Source: Phoronis australis
Lineage: Eukaryota; Animalia; Phoronida
Direction of reading: 5' to 3'
Assembly: GCA_002633005.1 (NCBI GenBank)
Contig: NMRA01000080.1
Span: forward strand, 649,291 to 713,290
Length of the DNA stretch: 64,000 bases
Shown: in pieces, positions 12,101-25,166 of the stretch
How the letters are laid out: each line of letters starts with the position of its first letter
How positions within the stretch are numbered: the stretch's first letter is position 1
The notes under the pieces: generated by a model
The model's database searches: none
Seen by the model: the letters and a program-made list of their open reading frames with translations, nothing else
What the model was told of the DNA's origin: nothing
Program-made: the position numbers and the translations under genes

Positions 12101-14756
12101 AGCAAAGATTTTGTTTGACAATAGGTGAGGCAGAAAATGAGGACAAGCCCGCTACGTCACCTACGGGATCCGCGGAAGAAAAGGCAGAAGGTGGGTCAGG
12201 TGTTACAGCAGTGACCTTTTTGCGGATAGCGAGAGACTGCGTATACACAGGGTGTTGTGGGATAGCAATTATCCCAAGCAGTATTGCCAGAAGACGTAGA
12301 TATAGGATTTAGTAGAGTTTCAAGTGGCCTTAAATGCAGTTTATCTCAGATATGTGTAAGCGAGTGGCATGTAATCCAAAATGAGCTTCTTGATTGTGAA
12401 GTAGGTGATTCCCTGCGTGACGCATTCTGGATTCTTGGCGCATTAATTTTCGTTATAAACGGAAAGGGCTTTAGGGGAGACTCAATTCGTAATGCCACAC
12501 ACCGTAACATGTTTGAAAATCTTTGAAGTGATATTGGAACCTTTTGAAGGTATTTTAATCTGGAGTGTTGGTGCCCCTAATTTTGCTCAGTTGCACCATT
12601 CATTGAGCAAAATGTATTGGTTGCATCTGCAGGTATTGCACTACCTCAAATTAGTTGGTCAAACCAGCTGGCATCGGTTTTTCAAATGCAGTGCGAATTG
12701 TTGCCTTATGGTAGTTTCCTGCTTAGTCCTAACGTTATCCATTATTTGTTGTAGGTGAAGAAACTGAGAAAGAAAACAAAGGTAAAACCATTATCAATTT
12801 TTATGCAACTAGCCATCAGGCCCAAGTTGGTTATGATATAAAATCTCACCAATTGAGGACTTAATATGGTGGACAAGCGAAATTTATTTTCTCATTTTTT
12901 CGTAAATAATGCATAGCGCCACAATGATGCTTTGTCGTATCCAAGTTCTGTACCATAGCAAGCAATTCACTATTGTGTGAAATGTTGTGGGCATTCAGAA
13001 TGATATTAGAAGCCCTTGAGAAAGTAAAAAGTGCTATGATTTTGGCAATATTATTTTTATCTGAAATTGGTGAGGTTTTGCCGTACATATTGTTGTGCAT
13101 GTGGTGAACTGCTGGAAAGTTGAGGCGTGTGTATTTCATTTAAGATTGATAAGAGTCTGTGTCATAGTTCAGGAATTGCTGTGTGTTTCTGTAAATGTTC
13201 AACCTTCTTGTTGCTCTTTTTAAGCTTAAAGACGCCATAAATTTGGTTTCAACCAGTTAACACCTGTTGACCACCACTTGATCTCTTAACTCTTTCCAAG
13301 TCAGATAGTGAACCTTGTTCATTTTTAAACATTTTAAGCGAGTTTCATTATGTCTATGTAGATTGATAAATTGAAAGTGTTACTAACCTTGTGATCTGCG
13401 GAATTCCTGAAACAATTTGAGCGCGGCTGCCTATAGCCTTTTGGTGGAGGTTTTCATCATGGATTGTGCAGTTTTTTTATCTTTGTCAAGAAGTTATTTA
13501 GATGCAACGTATGGTGTAAAATCAGGGCTGATGGAAATCTGCATGGCAGAGTTAAGTGCCCCTTTAAGAAACATCAGGCAGTATGGTATATCTTTGACCT
13601 AATTATGTTTTAGAAGGCGAGGCGGAGGTTACAGAGACTGCTGAGGGAGACAAACCCGAATCCCCTGCTGCTGACGAAGCACCTGCCGACACAGACAAAC
13701 CAGCAGACGATACACAGCCAGCGGCAGACGACGAGAAACCGGCAGCAGACGATGGTGAGCCTGCAACAGACCAGTCAGATAAACCAGCAGACGAGACGGA
13801 GAAGACAGAAGACACTGCTGTGGATGGACCTAAATCATCTGATGAAGGTACACTGGTTGAAATGTTGGGTTTTAGCAATTAGTTTGATCATTTTTGACAT
13901 GCTTTAAGCATTTAGTGATCATCCTTAAGTATTTTTGAATTGTCGGAAGTGCTCCAAACTTACACTTAGTGAAGGAACAGGTTACTGACATGTACTTCTA
14001 GAATTTTCTGAAAGTGATGGTGGAAGCCATCTATTAGAGAGGGAGGAATATCTGCACGGAGGGGAGGGGCTCGGCTAAAAAAGAATACATGTTCAAATTT
14101 GAAAGGGTCAATAAGTATTAACGATTCCGTATCTAGAATGACTGTTGTAGAAAGTTATTGTAACATAGTTTTCACTTTAAGATGTATGTGCGTGCTCTTA
14201 ACTATGCTAAGTGTATAGCAGGAAGTACAAGACAATGCTATCTGAACATCATCTACGCTGAACAAATTGCAGTTGTATGCATTGACAACTTATAAACTTT
14301 AAAACAAAAAATTCTGCAAGTAGGTGACCTTTGAACTAACAATGTATTTTGGGGGCTTACATAACCCCATCATGCAGTACTATTCCCCAGCACCTCGTCA
14401 TGATACTTACTGGACCCGGTTGAGTGATTTGTGGCAGATCATTTTCGACACAAAACACGTTCCTAAAGCATTTGGCTATTTTTCTACTTCATATTCACAT
14501 CGTCGCTATATGTTGTGTTTATAACTAATTTGACCAAGCAATCACAGAGATATGGATTTTGCGTGCAAGTTCCACTTTAAGTAAGGCATGAGGCAAGTGA
14601 CAATTAAAAGGAAATTTTTATTTTGAAATTGGAATAATTCTAATATCTTCATCAGATACTTTTTGTTGGATTTGTTGGTACTGTCCATAAAACTGTAGTA
14701 AGAACATGTCATTGGTTTATTTTTCAGGCACGACTGAAGACAAACCAGCTGAATAG
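165..14756 (+). CDS. 3' part of a multi-exon gene encoding a Glu/Asp/Pro/Thr-rich intrinsically disordered C-terminal region; gene identity unknown (5' part lies upstream of the window)
   Basis: AG/GT-bounded exons, all phase 1-1 with lengths divisible by 3: 165-194 (EPPPAEGAGQ), 777-815 (GEESEYSEEDFEL), 2128-2316, 3289-5022, 5506-6249, 8083-8184, 10789-11070 (GC donor), 12125-12190, 12755-12781, 13614-13847, then terminal exon 14728-14756 (GTTEDKPAE-TAG). Composition is consistently acidic. AATAAA at 15300. Confidence 0.75.
695..759 (+). repeat. 21-bp tandem repeat, about 3 copies (TGACATCATTACTTGACCCCA-like)
   Basis: Three successive near-identical units immediately upstream of the acceptor at 776. 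Confidence 0.8.
2906..3227. mobile_element. MITE with TTAA target-site duplication (Kolobok-like)
   Basis: TTAA|AGGGAGACTGCAC ... GTGCAGTCTCACT|TTAA; ~13-bp TIR, AG terminus, TTAA on both flanks (2902-2905, 3228-3231). Confidence 0.7.
3289..5022 (+). CDS. Large internal exon (578 codons) of the acidic gene; S/T-P rich, low complexity
   Basis: Corresponds to ORF 3309..5093; acceptor ttcttcag at 3281-3288, donor G|GTAATG at 5022/5023; 1734 nt, phase 1-1. Confidence 0.8.
5506..6249 (+). CDS. Internal Glu-rich exon (248 codons) containing EPIEEPA repeats
   Basis: Corresponds to ORF 5490..6470; acceptor ttgcag at 5505, weak donor G|GTTTCT at 6249; the acidic composition stops abruptly at the donor. 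Confidence 0.75.
6008..6170 (+). repeat. Coding 21-bp minisatellite encoding (EPIEEPA)n
   Basis: GAACCAATAGAAGAACCAGCA repeated about 7-8 times with degenerate flanking copies. Confidence 0.9.
8480..8880. mobile_element. Degenerate dispersed repeat/MITE family (AAATTGGTCTC ... GAGACCAA)
   Basis: 8490-8590 resembles 61240-61350 (aaattggtctc..tgttc..gatgagaagtgattt..ggcagtt); related fragments lie near 11910 and 49160. Confidence 0.45.
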
Positions 14757-15299
14757 TCTGAGATGATTCCGGATCATTCCTGCTGGTGCTGCCATCTTTT
14801 GGAAATGTATGGGTTTTACAACATTCCTTACTGCATGTGTAGACCATTTTGTGCCAGTGGTAATACTGGTTGACTCTGTTTTAAATTTACGAAAAAATAA
14901 AGAGGAAATTTGCTGCATTTCTCTAAGGGTGACAAGTGGAAATGAAGTGTACATAGGAACAACTATTTCATGTGTATTGTTGTTGTTGGTGAACCAAGTG
15001 TATGTCTTGTTTCACTGTTTGTGTAGTTGCATGCCATGTGCAGATGTCTGAATTGTTTGAAATATTCATCCAGAATTTCATCATTTCAGATGTTTATTAT
15101 GTCACCATTAAAAAGTTATGAGTTATTTAAGAGACAGTTTGGACAAAGCATTCCAAAATTTTGAAAGATACTGCTTAGGTATTATATGTTTATGGACATT
15201 TCTGTAACTTTATCCGTCCTACATATTTTTATGTATTCTGGTTACAATATTTAAGAATTTTACCAGTTTTACCTAGTTTTGTGATGTTTATGTTTGATA

Positions 15300-15305
15300 A
15301 ATAAA
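15300..15305 (+). terminator. Candidate polyadenylation signal of the acidic gene
   Basis: AATAAA about 545 nt after the TAG at 14756, followed by T/GT-rich sequence; an alternative ATTAAA lies near 15107. Confidence 0.45.
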
Positions 15306-16793
15306 TTATTAATTATTCCATCCTTTGTGTAATTTAGTTTGTTAATCATCAGCTCAATGAGCAAATGCATGCTGAAGTTGTTTTGTGGCCTAGGGTGGTG
15401 AAGCTGTAAGTGCGACTGGCTTGCGACAGATTCATTCCTGGGGGGAACTTGCATGTCAGTTCAAAAGCCTATTGTGTGTAAGCAACACCCATGATTTACA
15501 GCCATCCACTTAATTCTAAGCCACTATGCATACTAGTTCCCCCCTCCAAGGTCAAAATGCTTATTTCGTGACTCATTCTAGACTTCGCTCTTTCTTTGTG
15601 CTTCTGTTCAGGAAGGTCTAACGCCCAGGTGTAGCTTAGATTTTCATTGCTTGGGCAGTTCATTATTAAATTGGCTGATGATCGTTGAATGTAATGGCCT
15701 ACTGTTGACAAAGTTTACTTTATGTTCCAATGTTTTGAGTTTCTGTAGCAACAATGTCAGGTTCAAATCCCTGTCTATGACAGTCTTCGCTGTGACTGGG
15801 GCATAGGCGTGAAACCTTTCATTAAGCTGGTCCCCAGAGTACTCCGGTCTTAATTCGTGAATGTGGTTATTATTTGAGCAACACAATCTGAAACTAGGTC
15901 AAGTATCACCCCCCACCCTTAAATAGTCTTGCCTCTGGTCACTGAGCTGTCTTGTGTGCAAATATGCGGAACCAAAGATATTTACTGGGACTGGATCAAG
16001 TTCATTTTGATTAAGTTTGGTGAAAGCTTATACACGTTATATTATTTCTGGAGGTAGATCACGACTGAAGGGGTTCGTTTACACTTGGTGGATAAGATTT
16101 ACGTTTTGGAATCACACGATACATTTTGCCTGCAGCATTTTTACACACGAACAGAAAAATCTAATTTTTTTTTAAAAACATCTGCAACTTGGAAGCAACT
16201 TAATTACCTCAGTGTGCAATTAACATAAAGTGATGAGTAATTTTGGGCTTTGCAGAATAATGAAGTCGTTTATTGAGAACAGAAGGCCATGGGCCTGCGT
16301 ACAAGAACGACTAGTCAAGATTGTGTCGCGTTACACAGTGTCGCTCGTCTCTCAAAGCTAAATGTACAAACTTTAAACTTGTCTCTTAAAACCTAGAAAG
16401 CGTCAAAAATATATCCAATATATACCACCCTCTTTCTATGATTTAAAATTATTTTTAGAAATTCATAAAACGAGGTTTGGTTGAAGGCGAGCACGACAGT
16501 TTTGTTTCTTTATAACTAGAACGCACTCCCAAACATGCAGTACGCTATTTGTCGATCCTCCAAACAACAACAATGGGGAGATACTGCAAGTTAGAGTGAA
16601 TTAAAGTTGTAAACGCACAGCACTCGACGTGTTTTCAACGAATTTTTTGCGAAAAAGAGAGCCTGTTGTCAACTTTTGATTCAAATACGAAAAGGGTGAC
16701 TTTTGACGTCCCAAATGATACTCACTGTCCTTAAATTTGACAGTTTTAAGCGCAATTGGTGAAAATAATTTTTCCTCTTTTAAGGAAGTATTG

Positions 16794-18671
16794 TTAACGA
16801 GTTTTAGCCCGTTCGTTGTTTTGACAGTCCATACTATTCTCGTCAGGAACAACGGTGTCCACGCACGGAGGCGGCACGGGAATGTTTATCGAGTCTTTGG
16901 CAATCTGTTGTGTTGTCGGTGAAATGGGATTTTTTGCTAGTTGATTTTCCACTTCTGGGTAATCGGTCATAAAGTACAGGTCGTCTCCCGTTGAGTAAGA
17001 TTCTCCAAGCTGAAGTCTGTCGCCTTTTGAGTCTTTCAAACCCAAATCCTCCGTTTTACACCTTGATATTCGTTTGGATTTCAACCCCTTCTTTGTTAGC
17101 TCTCTCACGTTTAAAACAACCGGCTGGTGGAATTTTATAAACGCGTTAGCATGCTGTAATTTGTCACGCAGAGACAGCACCGAGTCAGTTTTTGTTAAAG
17201 GCCTTTCGAGTGTGTCGTCTGCTTTTCGCGTAGATGACGAAGAGTTTTGCCTCTTGCATCGTCTGGATGGTATTGGTGCACGTGTGCCATCCGGGACCTC
17301 TCTCGCGTGAAATCCTTCTGGAAGCCCTTTGTCAAAATTGACTGTACTGTTCGTTTCCAAGTAGTTCACTATTTGTCGAGCGCTTTCACTGAATTCGCTT
17401 CCACTGTCTTTGAGGCTTTCAAAGTTAATGGAAAAGTTTTCGTTGATTCCTTCGCCGGCAGTCATGTCGCGGTCATCTTTTTGGCGAACGATTGCTGTTG
17501 GCTCTTGCTCGGGAAGAATTTTTAAGTCTACTGTGCTGGCATCCTCTGGCAGAACGTGGTCTTTAAATGACACAGATTTCGCGCGTGGAGTGACGACTGC
17601 GCCAGATTTCTGAGAAACTTCGCGCTGGTCGTGGTCGGGCATGTCATGCACTCGTGGAGAAACATTAAATACCTGGGGGTGCCTGATAAATGAGTTTTCA
17701 CGAAAAATGGAAGTCTCTCCGTACCGGCAAGGGTCTAGTAGACGTTTCATTGAGTGGACGCTTGCAAACGATAACCGGTAGCAAGAGTAGGAATGCTCTT
17801 CAGCTTGAGGAGTATTCGTCCTCGTTTCGTCCATATGGTGAGGAGTAACTGGTTCAAGTTTCATTGGAGATTTTTCGGACTCCTTTTCTTTTGCAAGTAC
17901 ACCATTTTTCTTGCCATCACTTGTCCCGTAGCTTGAAGATCTCATTGAGTTTATCATGAACTGTCCTTTTAAGTGATCGACATATTTTGATCTACGTTGA
18001 GGGAAAGCATGAATTTCCCCGCGTTTTAAGAATTTTTCTTCTTTTTGCAAAATATTCTTCGGTCGGTCGTCTTTCTTCAAGTCTAAAACAGAAATAACTA
18101 GAATTAACTTTATGAAAAGGACATAGTATTTGATGCATGTATTTATTACTTGAAAAGGTCAAGCGATGCAGTATCGATATAATGCACATAGGGGAATGCA
18201 TAGCCGGTTAAAAACAAAAAAACAAAAATCGACTGTTTTGGCCTTTTACAGGCATAAAATGGGTCTCACAGCACTTCTTACCGAAATGAGATTCTATTTC
18301 CGTTAACATACGCTTTGCCTGTGACATGAGACGGTAAGGGAAAAGAAATTCTATGACGGTAAAAAATATCACGACACCGGCATTATGAGAGTAAATGACC
18401 TACAGGTGTATGTCGATTTTCATATTTAGCCTGCAAATCAAGACAATGCAGCGAAATGTACTTGATAGCTGGACTACGATGCGTCAGATTTTCTCTATAC
18501 ATATAAATATGACTAAAGTTTTGAAAACAATTGAAACCTACTTAAAGTACCTGTTTGCCCCGAGTTGTTTCGTCGGGCACCATGTTTGCCTGGGCGTATT
18601 TGTGCATTTTCTGGCTTGCTGATGGTAAGCTGGTACCTCGCAGGCATGGGGCGACACAATTCCCAAGACAT
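16794..18671 (-). CDS. Uncharacterised protein of about 470 aa, two coding exons, no recognisable domain
   Basis: Terminal exon 18082-16794 (ORF 428 aa; acceptor ctgttttag). Upstream exon (acceptor ttttcag, exon start 18688) has ATG at 18671 (MSWELCRPMPARYQLTISKP...) and ends at a phase-1 donor (exon end 18542, GTAGGT; or 18551, GTACTT), both in frame with the terminal exon. Minus-strand AATAAA at 16274-16269. Confidence 0.7.
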
Positions 18672-21600
18672 GGAGATGCGTTTTGTACCTGAAAATTAGC
18701 GAAGCATACAGTTGTAAAGCTCGAAAACGTATGAGCTGAAAAAAGCTCCCTTTTAATGCGATTATTTTCTGCTCCGTGTCACCAAAATTAATCCACAATT
18801 TCCGGAAACTGGTGCGTGGCCGATAAACAGAGTTAATGGAGGAAGAAGAGACAGAGGTGAGAAACATTGTTTCTGAAGCAAAAGGCTCTTTCCATCAGGT
18901 CGGAAATAATAAGAAATGGACAAATGGGTTGAAAATCGGAGATAATTTTAGACTGCACCTCGCGCCATTGGCAGCTTGGATTTTCCATTGACGCAGTGTA
19001 ATTTTGTGACTTGAAACAACTGGCGCTTAAAATTATCATATGGCAATCCTGCCTAGCTATTTGCCGTGCGTTGCATTGATTCTAACGCAATGCCAACATA
19101 TACCAAGATGATCTTTTTTGTCCATGTAGGCCTATATCTGAACAAGTAACTCGAGGTCAACGCCGGATACAGGGTCTAGCTAAGCAGGCCCTCGGGAATC
19201 TAAAAATTACTCCGTAGGGTTCAGATGAGTTCAAACTCTGTCCCATCCTCGCTCGCCATCACAGATTTCTCCGATATCGCACCCCATAACAGCGTTTTCC
19301 CGTTCAGTGACTTTACCAGATGTAGGGGGTTCTGAGCGTGTGATAACATCTAGCTTCTTTGTTAACTGCCAAGCACACTCTTTTGTCTGTTACGACAACA
19401 AGTTATCTACCAGGCTTATTACAGACCACGGGTGAACACAGTCAAACTCACAGTGTATTCGGAAAGAATAGATTGTCGTAACTTCGGTTGCAGTTGGGCG
19501 ATTTTGGCGATTCAAAAACTAAACATGATCACCATTTGACGAAGATTTCAGAAATGCTATTGGTTTATGTTCAAATGTGTTGTAGCTTAACTTTTTTAAC
19601 AGCACAACCCAGTCGTAGATACGATCTTATTGGAGATTAGAGCAATTATCGAACAGAAGAGAGCTGACCCTCCAACCATAAATGAAAGAATGGAGTTAAT
19701 CAGTTGTGTAAGATATTGGCTACAGGGGTAAACTTCCTAACTTGTTGTTGGGCAATAGAATCGAACAAGTTGGGAGCAACGGGAAAACGCCGTAATGCAT
19801 TGCCACTGACGCCGCAAAATATTGCGAATCACATGAGCTACATATATTGTAAAAAAGTCGCCCCAACTGAGGATTTTTAAGTTTGCTTAAGCTGGAAAGA
19901 AATTAACGTTAGACCCAATACCAGTCGTGAAACGTACTTGGATAGCTGCCCAAACATCGAATTTGAACGTCCCGGGATAGATTTTGAGTCTCTGTGAGTC
20001 CCTTAGGCATTTTTCTTCTAAATGAACCCTAAATAACTGTTTTAAGATATTTTTGCAACAGTCTGCCAGCGTTACTGTGTGCAATTTTCATAAAAACTAA
20101 GTAGACCAGACGCATAAAACCTGGTTCACAAAGGTGTCCAATCTGACATCTTGCGTTGATGCCACTTAAAGGAGCAAAATAGGTTTTATAGACAGAAAAC
20201 GCATCTTTGGATTATTATTGAGCAGGGAGTGACTTTGAAGGTGCCATGGATGGACAGAGCGTAACCACTAATCTCATTCTTTGAAACAGCTAGGCTTCTC
20301 ACGGTAAGCCGTCTGATTTAGGGTTGACCGATAAGAAGGCAGAACAGACGTCTGGCGAGCGTTCATATGTGAATTTGAGACGGCAGGCGAGACGGAACGC
20401 AGATGGAATGTGAAAGAAGCAGAATATTGGAGACTCATAAAGAATCCGTTGTTTATGCAATGATCCGGCTTGACTAGGATGTCGCTATACATATCTTCCA
20501 CATTTTTCGAATCACGAATATTCGGGACACTCCTAACAATTATCTGTTTATAATAAGTCGAGTCCGGAGTTAGGCGAGCCCCTGCCCCAAGTAAATCTGC
20601 CAATCAATTCATTCAACTTCGTTATGATAATCCTACATACGGGTCATATGATCCGTACGATGTATCTAAATAAATCCTATAATTCAAACAAGTTTCAACG
20701 TGTGTTAGCAAACAATTGAGGTCTACAAATAACGCGCTTCAGGTGACTAGCTAACGATTGAATTACGCATGTGTTATTCGTTTTAAACCACAGCATCAAT
20801 GTTTAGCTAGTGCTCCTGTCACCTAATCCAATAAAGACACAATGGTACATTAGAATACGTGGAACAATTCCCACGCACTATTTTAATCTTCCAACATGAG
20901 CATTCATGTCTAAAATAGTGATTTGTAGGCCGGATAATCCCTGGCCCCGCGAATCTGGGATTCGTCATCTACAGGAAAATTATCAGTCCCGACAAGCACT
21001 TTAGACTTCTTTATCAAAAAATCATCCGAGTCCTTTATTAACGGTCCTCAATGCACGAAGCAAAAAGCAATAACTCGAAACTCAATTCTGGCTTTAATTA
21101 CCAAATCACCACAAATGATGGCTTTTTCCGTATTCAACCTTTCCGGTTTTCTTTTTTCATCCTCCATGCATTAAGTATTATGATTTACCTGGCAACGACC
21201 AAAACTCGTAGCGACCCATGGGGTTCCTGTAATGAGCAGTCTACGAAGACGTCCAGTTGGCAGAAAAAATGTGGTACGTGGATAAACAATTTTAATGATG
21301 ATAATGGTCAAATATCCCGAAAGATTCCAGCAATTGATACGTTTGGTAGACATATTTTTGAATTTAGGGCTGTTTCTTTGCGCTCAGTGTTCAAAATGCG
21401 ATTTACCAAAAGAACGCGCTGATATTCTTGTTGCCACCACTGGCCAAATTAAGATAAGCATCGACTACATTGTCGAAACATTGCAAAACAATGTGGCTTT
21501 ATGTGAATGCCAACAAAGTTTAATATACAGAAGAGGGCGAAACATCACAGAAATATAAATTCTCAAAAAGAAATAAAACACCACATTTGAAAAACGGGAA

Positions 21601-22882
21601 ATGATACCCCAGACCAGTCCAACAAACCGTGTTTGATGGGATCAGTTTGATACGTGGAAAATGAGTTTGCATGTCTCATTAGTGAAAACACCGAAGTTCT
21701 CTAAGTCGCGGCCAATGAACAAACTGACAACCAGAAACTGGTTTTGACTCCACCACATAAAGTCAGCCCAACAACGATCTCAGTGAAGTGCGGCCGTTTC
21801 CATGCGTCGTAAAGTCAGTCTCGCGATAGTCAAACGCAGTGTCTCCAAATTTAGACACCAAAAGTATATCCCGAGTCAAGTGCCTCTTCATTTCCTTCAT
21901 GGAAAACTTAAAGTTAAACTAAAAGCATGTCTTATCGTATGCAAGGCACAGCAGCAGATTATCACCCTACTCGGGATCGATGAATTTAACAAGCATCATA
22001 CCTGTTACAGCAAACCTGTCGAGCAGATCCTCTGCAGTTTGTTCGGATTCTGTTTATTTAGGCTTTATAAGGATCACAACATTTCATGCCTTGTTTCCTT
22101 TATAGAATGATCTCACAGTGGCTACTGTCGTCTCTAGTGACAACGCCATTTTCTACCAGTTATCAGCGTGTGCTGTGATGCTTGTATAGGGCTCATTATT
22201 ATCCACACGCAATAAAAAGTGTTTTTATTAGGGCATGTGTTCGCTTGCATTCACTAAGTCAACACAAAGGTGGTGTAGAGATAACCCTAAGGTAAACCGA
22301 TTAAGGTGCTTGTACTCGGATTTGATCATCATTGAGCCTGGTTAAAAAATGTTTGATTGTAGAAACCATTAAGAGTAGGATCACAGCAACTGCGAACTGA
22401 TAACACTGTAATCTGTAGGCCGGGTAGGCACACGGATCAAGTCAAATTGATTTAAAAACTGTGAAGAGATCAACAAGAAGAAATGTAGTCATGGTAACAA
22501 AAATAACGATCTTCATAAAATATTTCAGCTAGTCCTTATCTGCGAAATAAATAGCACGACAAACAAGAAAATATCCATCTGCAACATTTCGATTTAATTA
22601 TTAAAATCACCAACAGGAACAGTTCAAGGACTAAAAATTGATATCTGATTCAATTCTCATCCATCCCCCTCGGGGCCGGCATCAAATCTAAATGCAGTTT
22701 ATTAATTCATATTTTTTAATTTTCAAACCGCATTGAACTCTACATCTATTTTTACCGACTAACAAACTGTCAAATGAGCATTATATTCAAGAGTGTTTAT
22801 GAACACTGAATCGTGAAAAACATTTAGTAAGCTGTTAAAGATCGACTGTTCTGTTCGAGTTCACAATGAAATCAACACTTAA

Positions 22883-23700
22883 AGACGAAGGCAACCTTTT
22901 TTCATGTCATTTTTAGCAAAAATAGGGTTCGTTTATTATCCCAGAAAAATTTTTCACTTATTTACAGCTTTTCGTATTTTAATTAATTACTCGTCGTCTA
23001 CTCCGGAAGTGACGTTTTGGGAGGCAAGAATTTCGCGCCAATTTCTTTTCATACAGTCTGACTGTGAGAGCAGTCGAATCAGTTATTGTTCTACCTCGGT
23101 TGTGATAAGTTCGGTCGTCGTTTGCTTTTGTTTACGAGTCAGTCAACATGCCACGCTATTGCTGCCTACCGAGATGAACTCATTATCGTCTCACGTACAG
23201 AGGAAGAACCGTCCCACTTGCCCGAGTGTCCCGCGACACACTCTCAGTATATGGTGACTTGAGCACCCAAACTGCTTACATCCCGCCGTGTGACTCCCTC
23301 GTCACACACGTGGCACCTTCTAAATAGCTCCAATACAAGTCCACAATAAACTTATCAAACTTAGGCTCACCGATCTGTTCATTGGATGACGAACTGTCCT
23401 TTTCACTGGGTGTCAAACTGGGCCTGTATTCACTCCTACTACTCAACATCGCGCAGGGCTGCTTACAGGCTGTGTGCTAGAGATAACAGCACACGGGGAA
23501 TCACTGCTAGATCCTGGAATTGCGCGCTATGGGGTACGTTCGGAGGCATGGGTGACAGTAGATGAAGTGCCTCCAGTCACTGTTTATAGTGGCCAAATTA
23601 ATTAAATTACGAAAAGCTGTAATTAAGTGAAAAATATTTCTAGGATAATCAACAGAACTTATTTTGGCTAAAAGTGACATGAAAAAGGTTGCCTTCGCCT
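22883..23700 (+). mobile_element. Non-autonomous Kolobok-like DNA transposon (818 bp) with THAP-domain remnant
   Basis: TTAA TSD at 22879-22882 and 23701-23704; ~80-bp imperfect TIRs (AGACGAAGGCAACCTTTTTTCATGTCA... / ...TGACATGAAAAAGGTTGCCTTCGCCT); internal ATG at 23148 reads MPRYCCLPR*THYRLTYRGRTVPLARVSRD, resembling a THAP N-terminus. Confidence 0.75.
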
Positions 23701-24569
23701 TTAAATACGGAACAGACGAAACCTTAATATATGTACTTGTTATCAGGGCTACAAATCGTTTCCTCTATAACTAACCAGCTACTGCAAATCTCTTTCTATG
23801 CAACAACGTTTTAATACACCATGCATAGGGTTCGCCATGAACGGATGAAAACCTTTCACATACAATGAAAGGTCCGACGCTGATGTAATAGGATGTGGGT
23901 CGGAAATTCAAGATTGGGCAATGGCGGGAGAAGATGTGGGGTGTCGACCGTTTGCCGTCGCATCGTTAGACCAATTAAATCGGTCACAAACCCGCTTTCC
24001 ACGACACTAACAGTCACTTTTGATTAACAACACCTCAACGTCATGTGAAAGGTCTCAAATTGTTCCTTAGTCAAATTGCAGATTAGTTTAGGATTTCGAA
24101 GAAAATGACAATTATTTATTGATTGAAATCAGGCTCTAATAGATTAAGTACTATAGTATTTAATCTATGGTATTAATAAATAGCGAACTGTCAGTTTTAC
24201 ATACTTGTGAATTGCTTTCCATCGTAGGGAATAAGTTGAGAGCAATTTTTTGCGATATGTGATCTAAATCAAAAGATTAATTTTATTTATTTAGTTATTT
24301 ATTTTAATATTTAAAATGGCCGGGGTGCCCTCTTCAGTAACAGCACTGTTTTCTCAAAAGGGCCCTCAACAATAAAATATAGGTCGCTGCTTAGACGGAA
24401 GGCAGATTTTCATAACATTAATTTTCGACTTGAATTACTGTAGAAACATCGACAGGTAATCTTCCGATGCTCACTTAAAGATTTAGCAACAACTGTTTAC
24501 TCCTAATAATTGCTCTGGTCAATTATTTGTCGTAAACATGTATTTCTCCCTGCATAGCTGACTGGATCA

Positions 24570-24750
24570 AATTGGACCCTATATTATACTCCCTATTGGT
24601 CTCATAATATTCCTAGCCGCGATAAGATTCTATTTCCGTCACCAACAAGAACATCCAATCATGATTGGATGAGGTATTGGGGTTCGGCCAACCCTATAAT
24701 TGCAAATTCGAAAACTGCGCGTTGGCCAACGCATTTTCCGAGACTTAATA
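24570..24750 (-). repeat. Old dispersed repeat family, copy 1 of 4 (others ~56390-56560 minus, ~57867-58080 plus, ~63246-63460 plus)
   Basis: Shared motifs: ttaagtc(a/t)caggca..gccatttt, ttgttggtaacggaaatagaatc, aggaatattatg, tttttaaccagc. Confidence 0.6.
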
Positions 24751-25166
24751 AAAACGAACGGGAATCCTGTAGGATATTATGAAAAGTAAAATCTCTAATT
24801 CCAATTCCGTTTTTAGCCACCTAAACAAGGCGAAACGGAAGTCCATTATCTGGTCTATGGTTGTACAATGTGCAGTATTGTAAGGAAAAGACGAGCTCGT
24901 GAATTATGAAGTAATAGAAGAACGTAACAATGGTGAGTAAACATCTGCGAAAAAGATTTAGGGAGCATGAAGTCCCTACTTGGAAGTCATTTTTTGCAAC
25001 CATGCACCCAGAAAATAATCTAATCTTTTGCCGTAGGTGTTAAACTTTCAACTTTCTGTATCGCATGCTGTCGGCTCTCAAGTGATAACAACCCACTACA
25101 TTCGATTTCTATTTTCTAGCACTCTAACAGTGTCACTGCACCTTGTAAAACACGCAGGTCGCAAAA

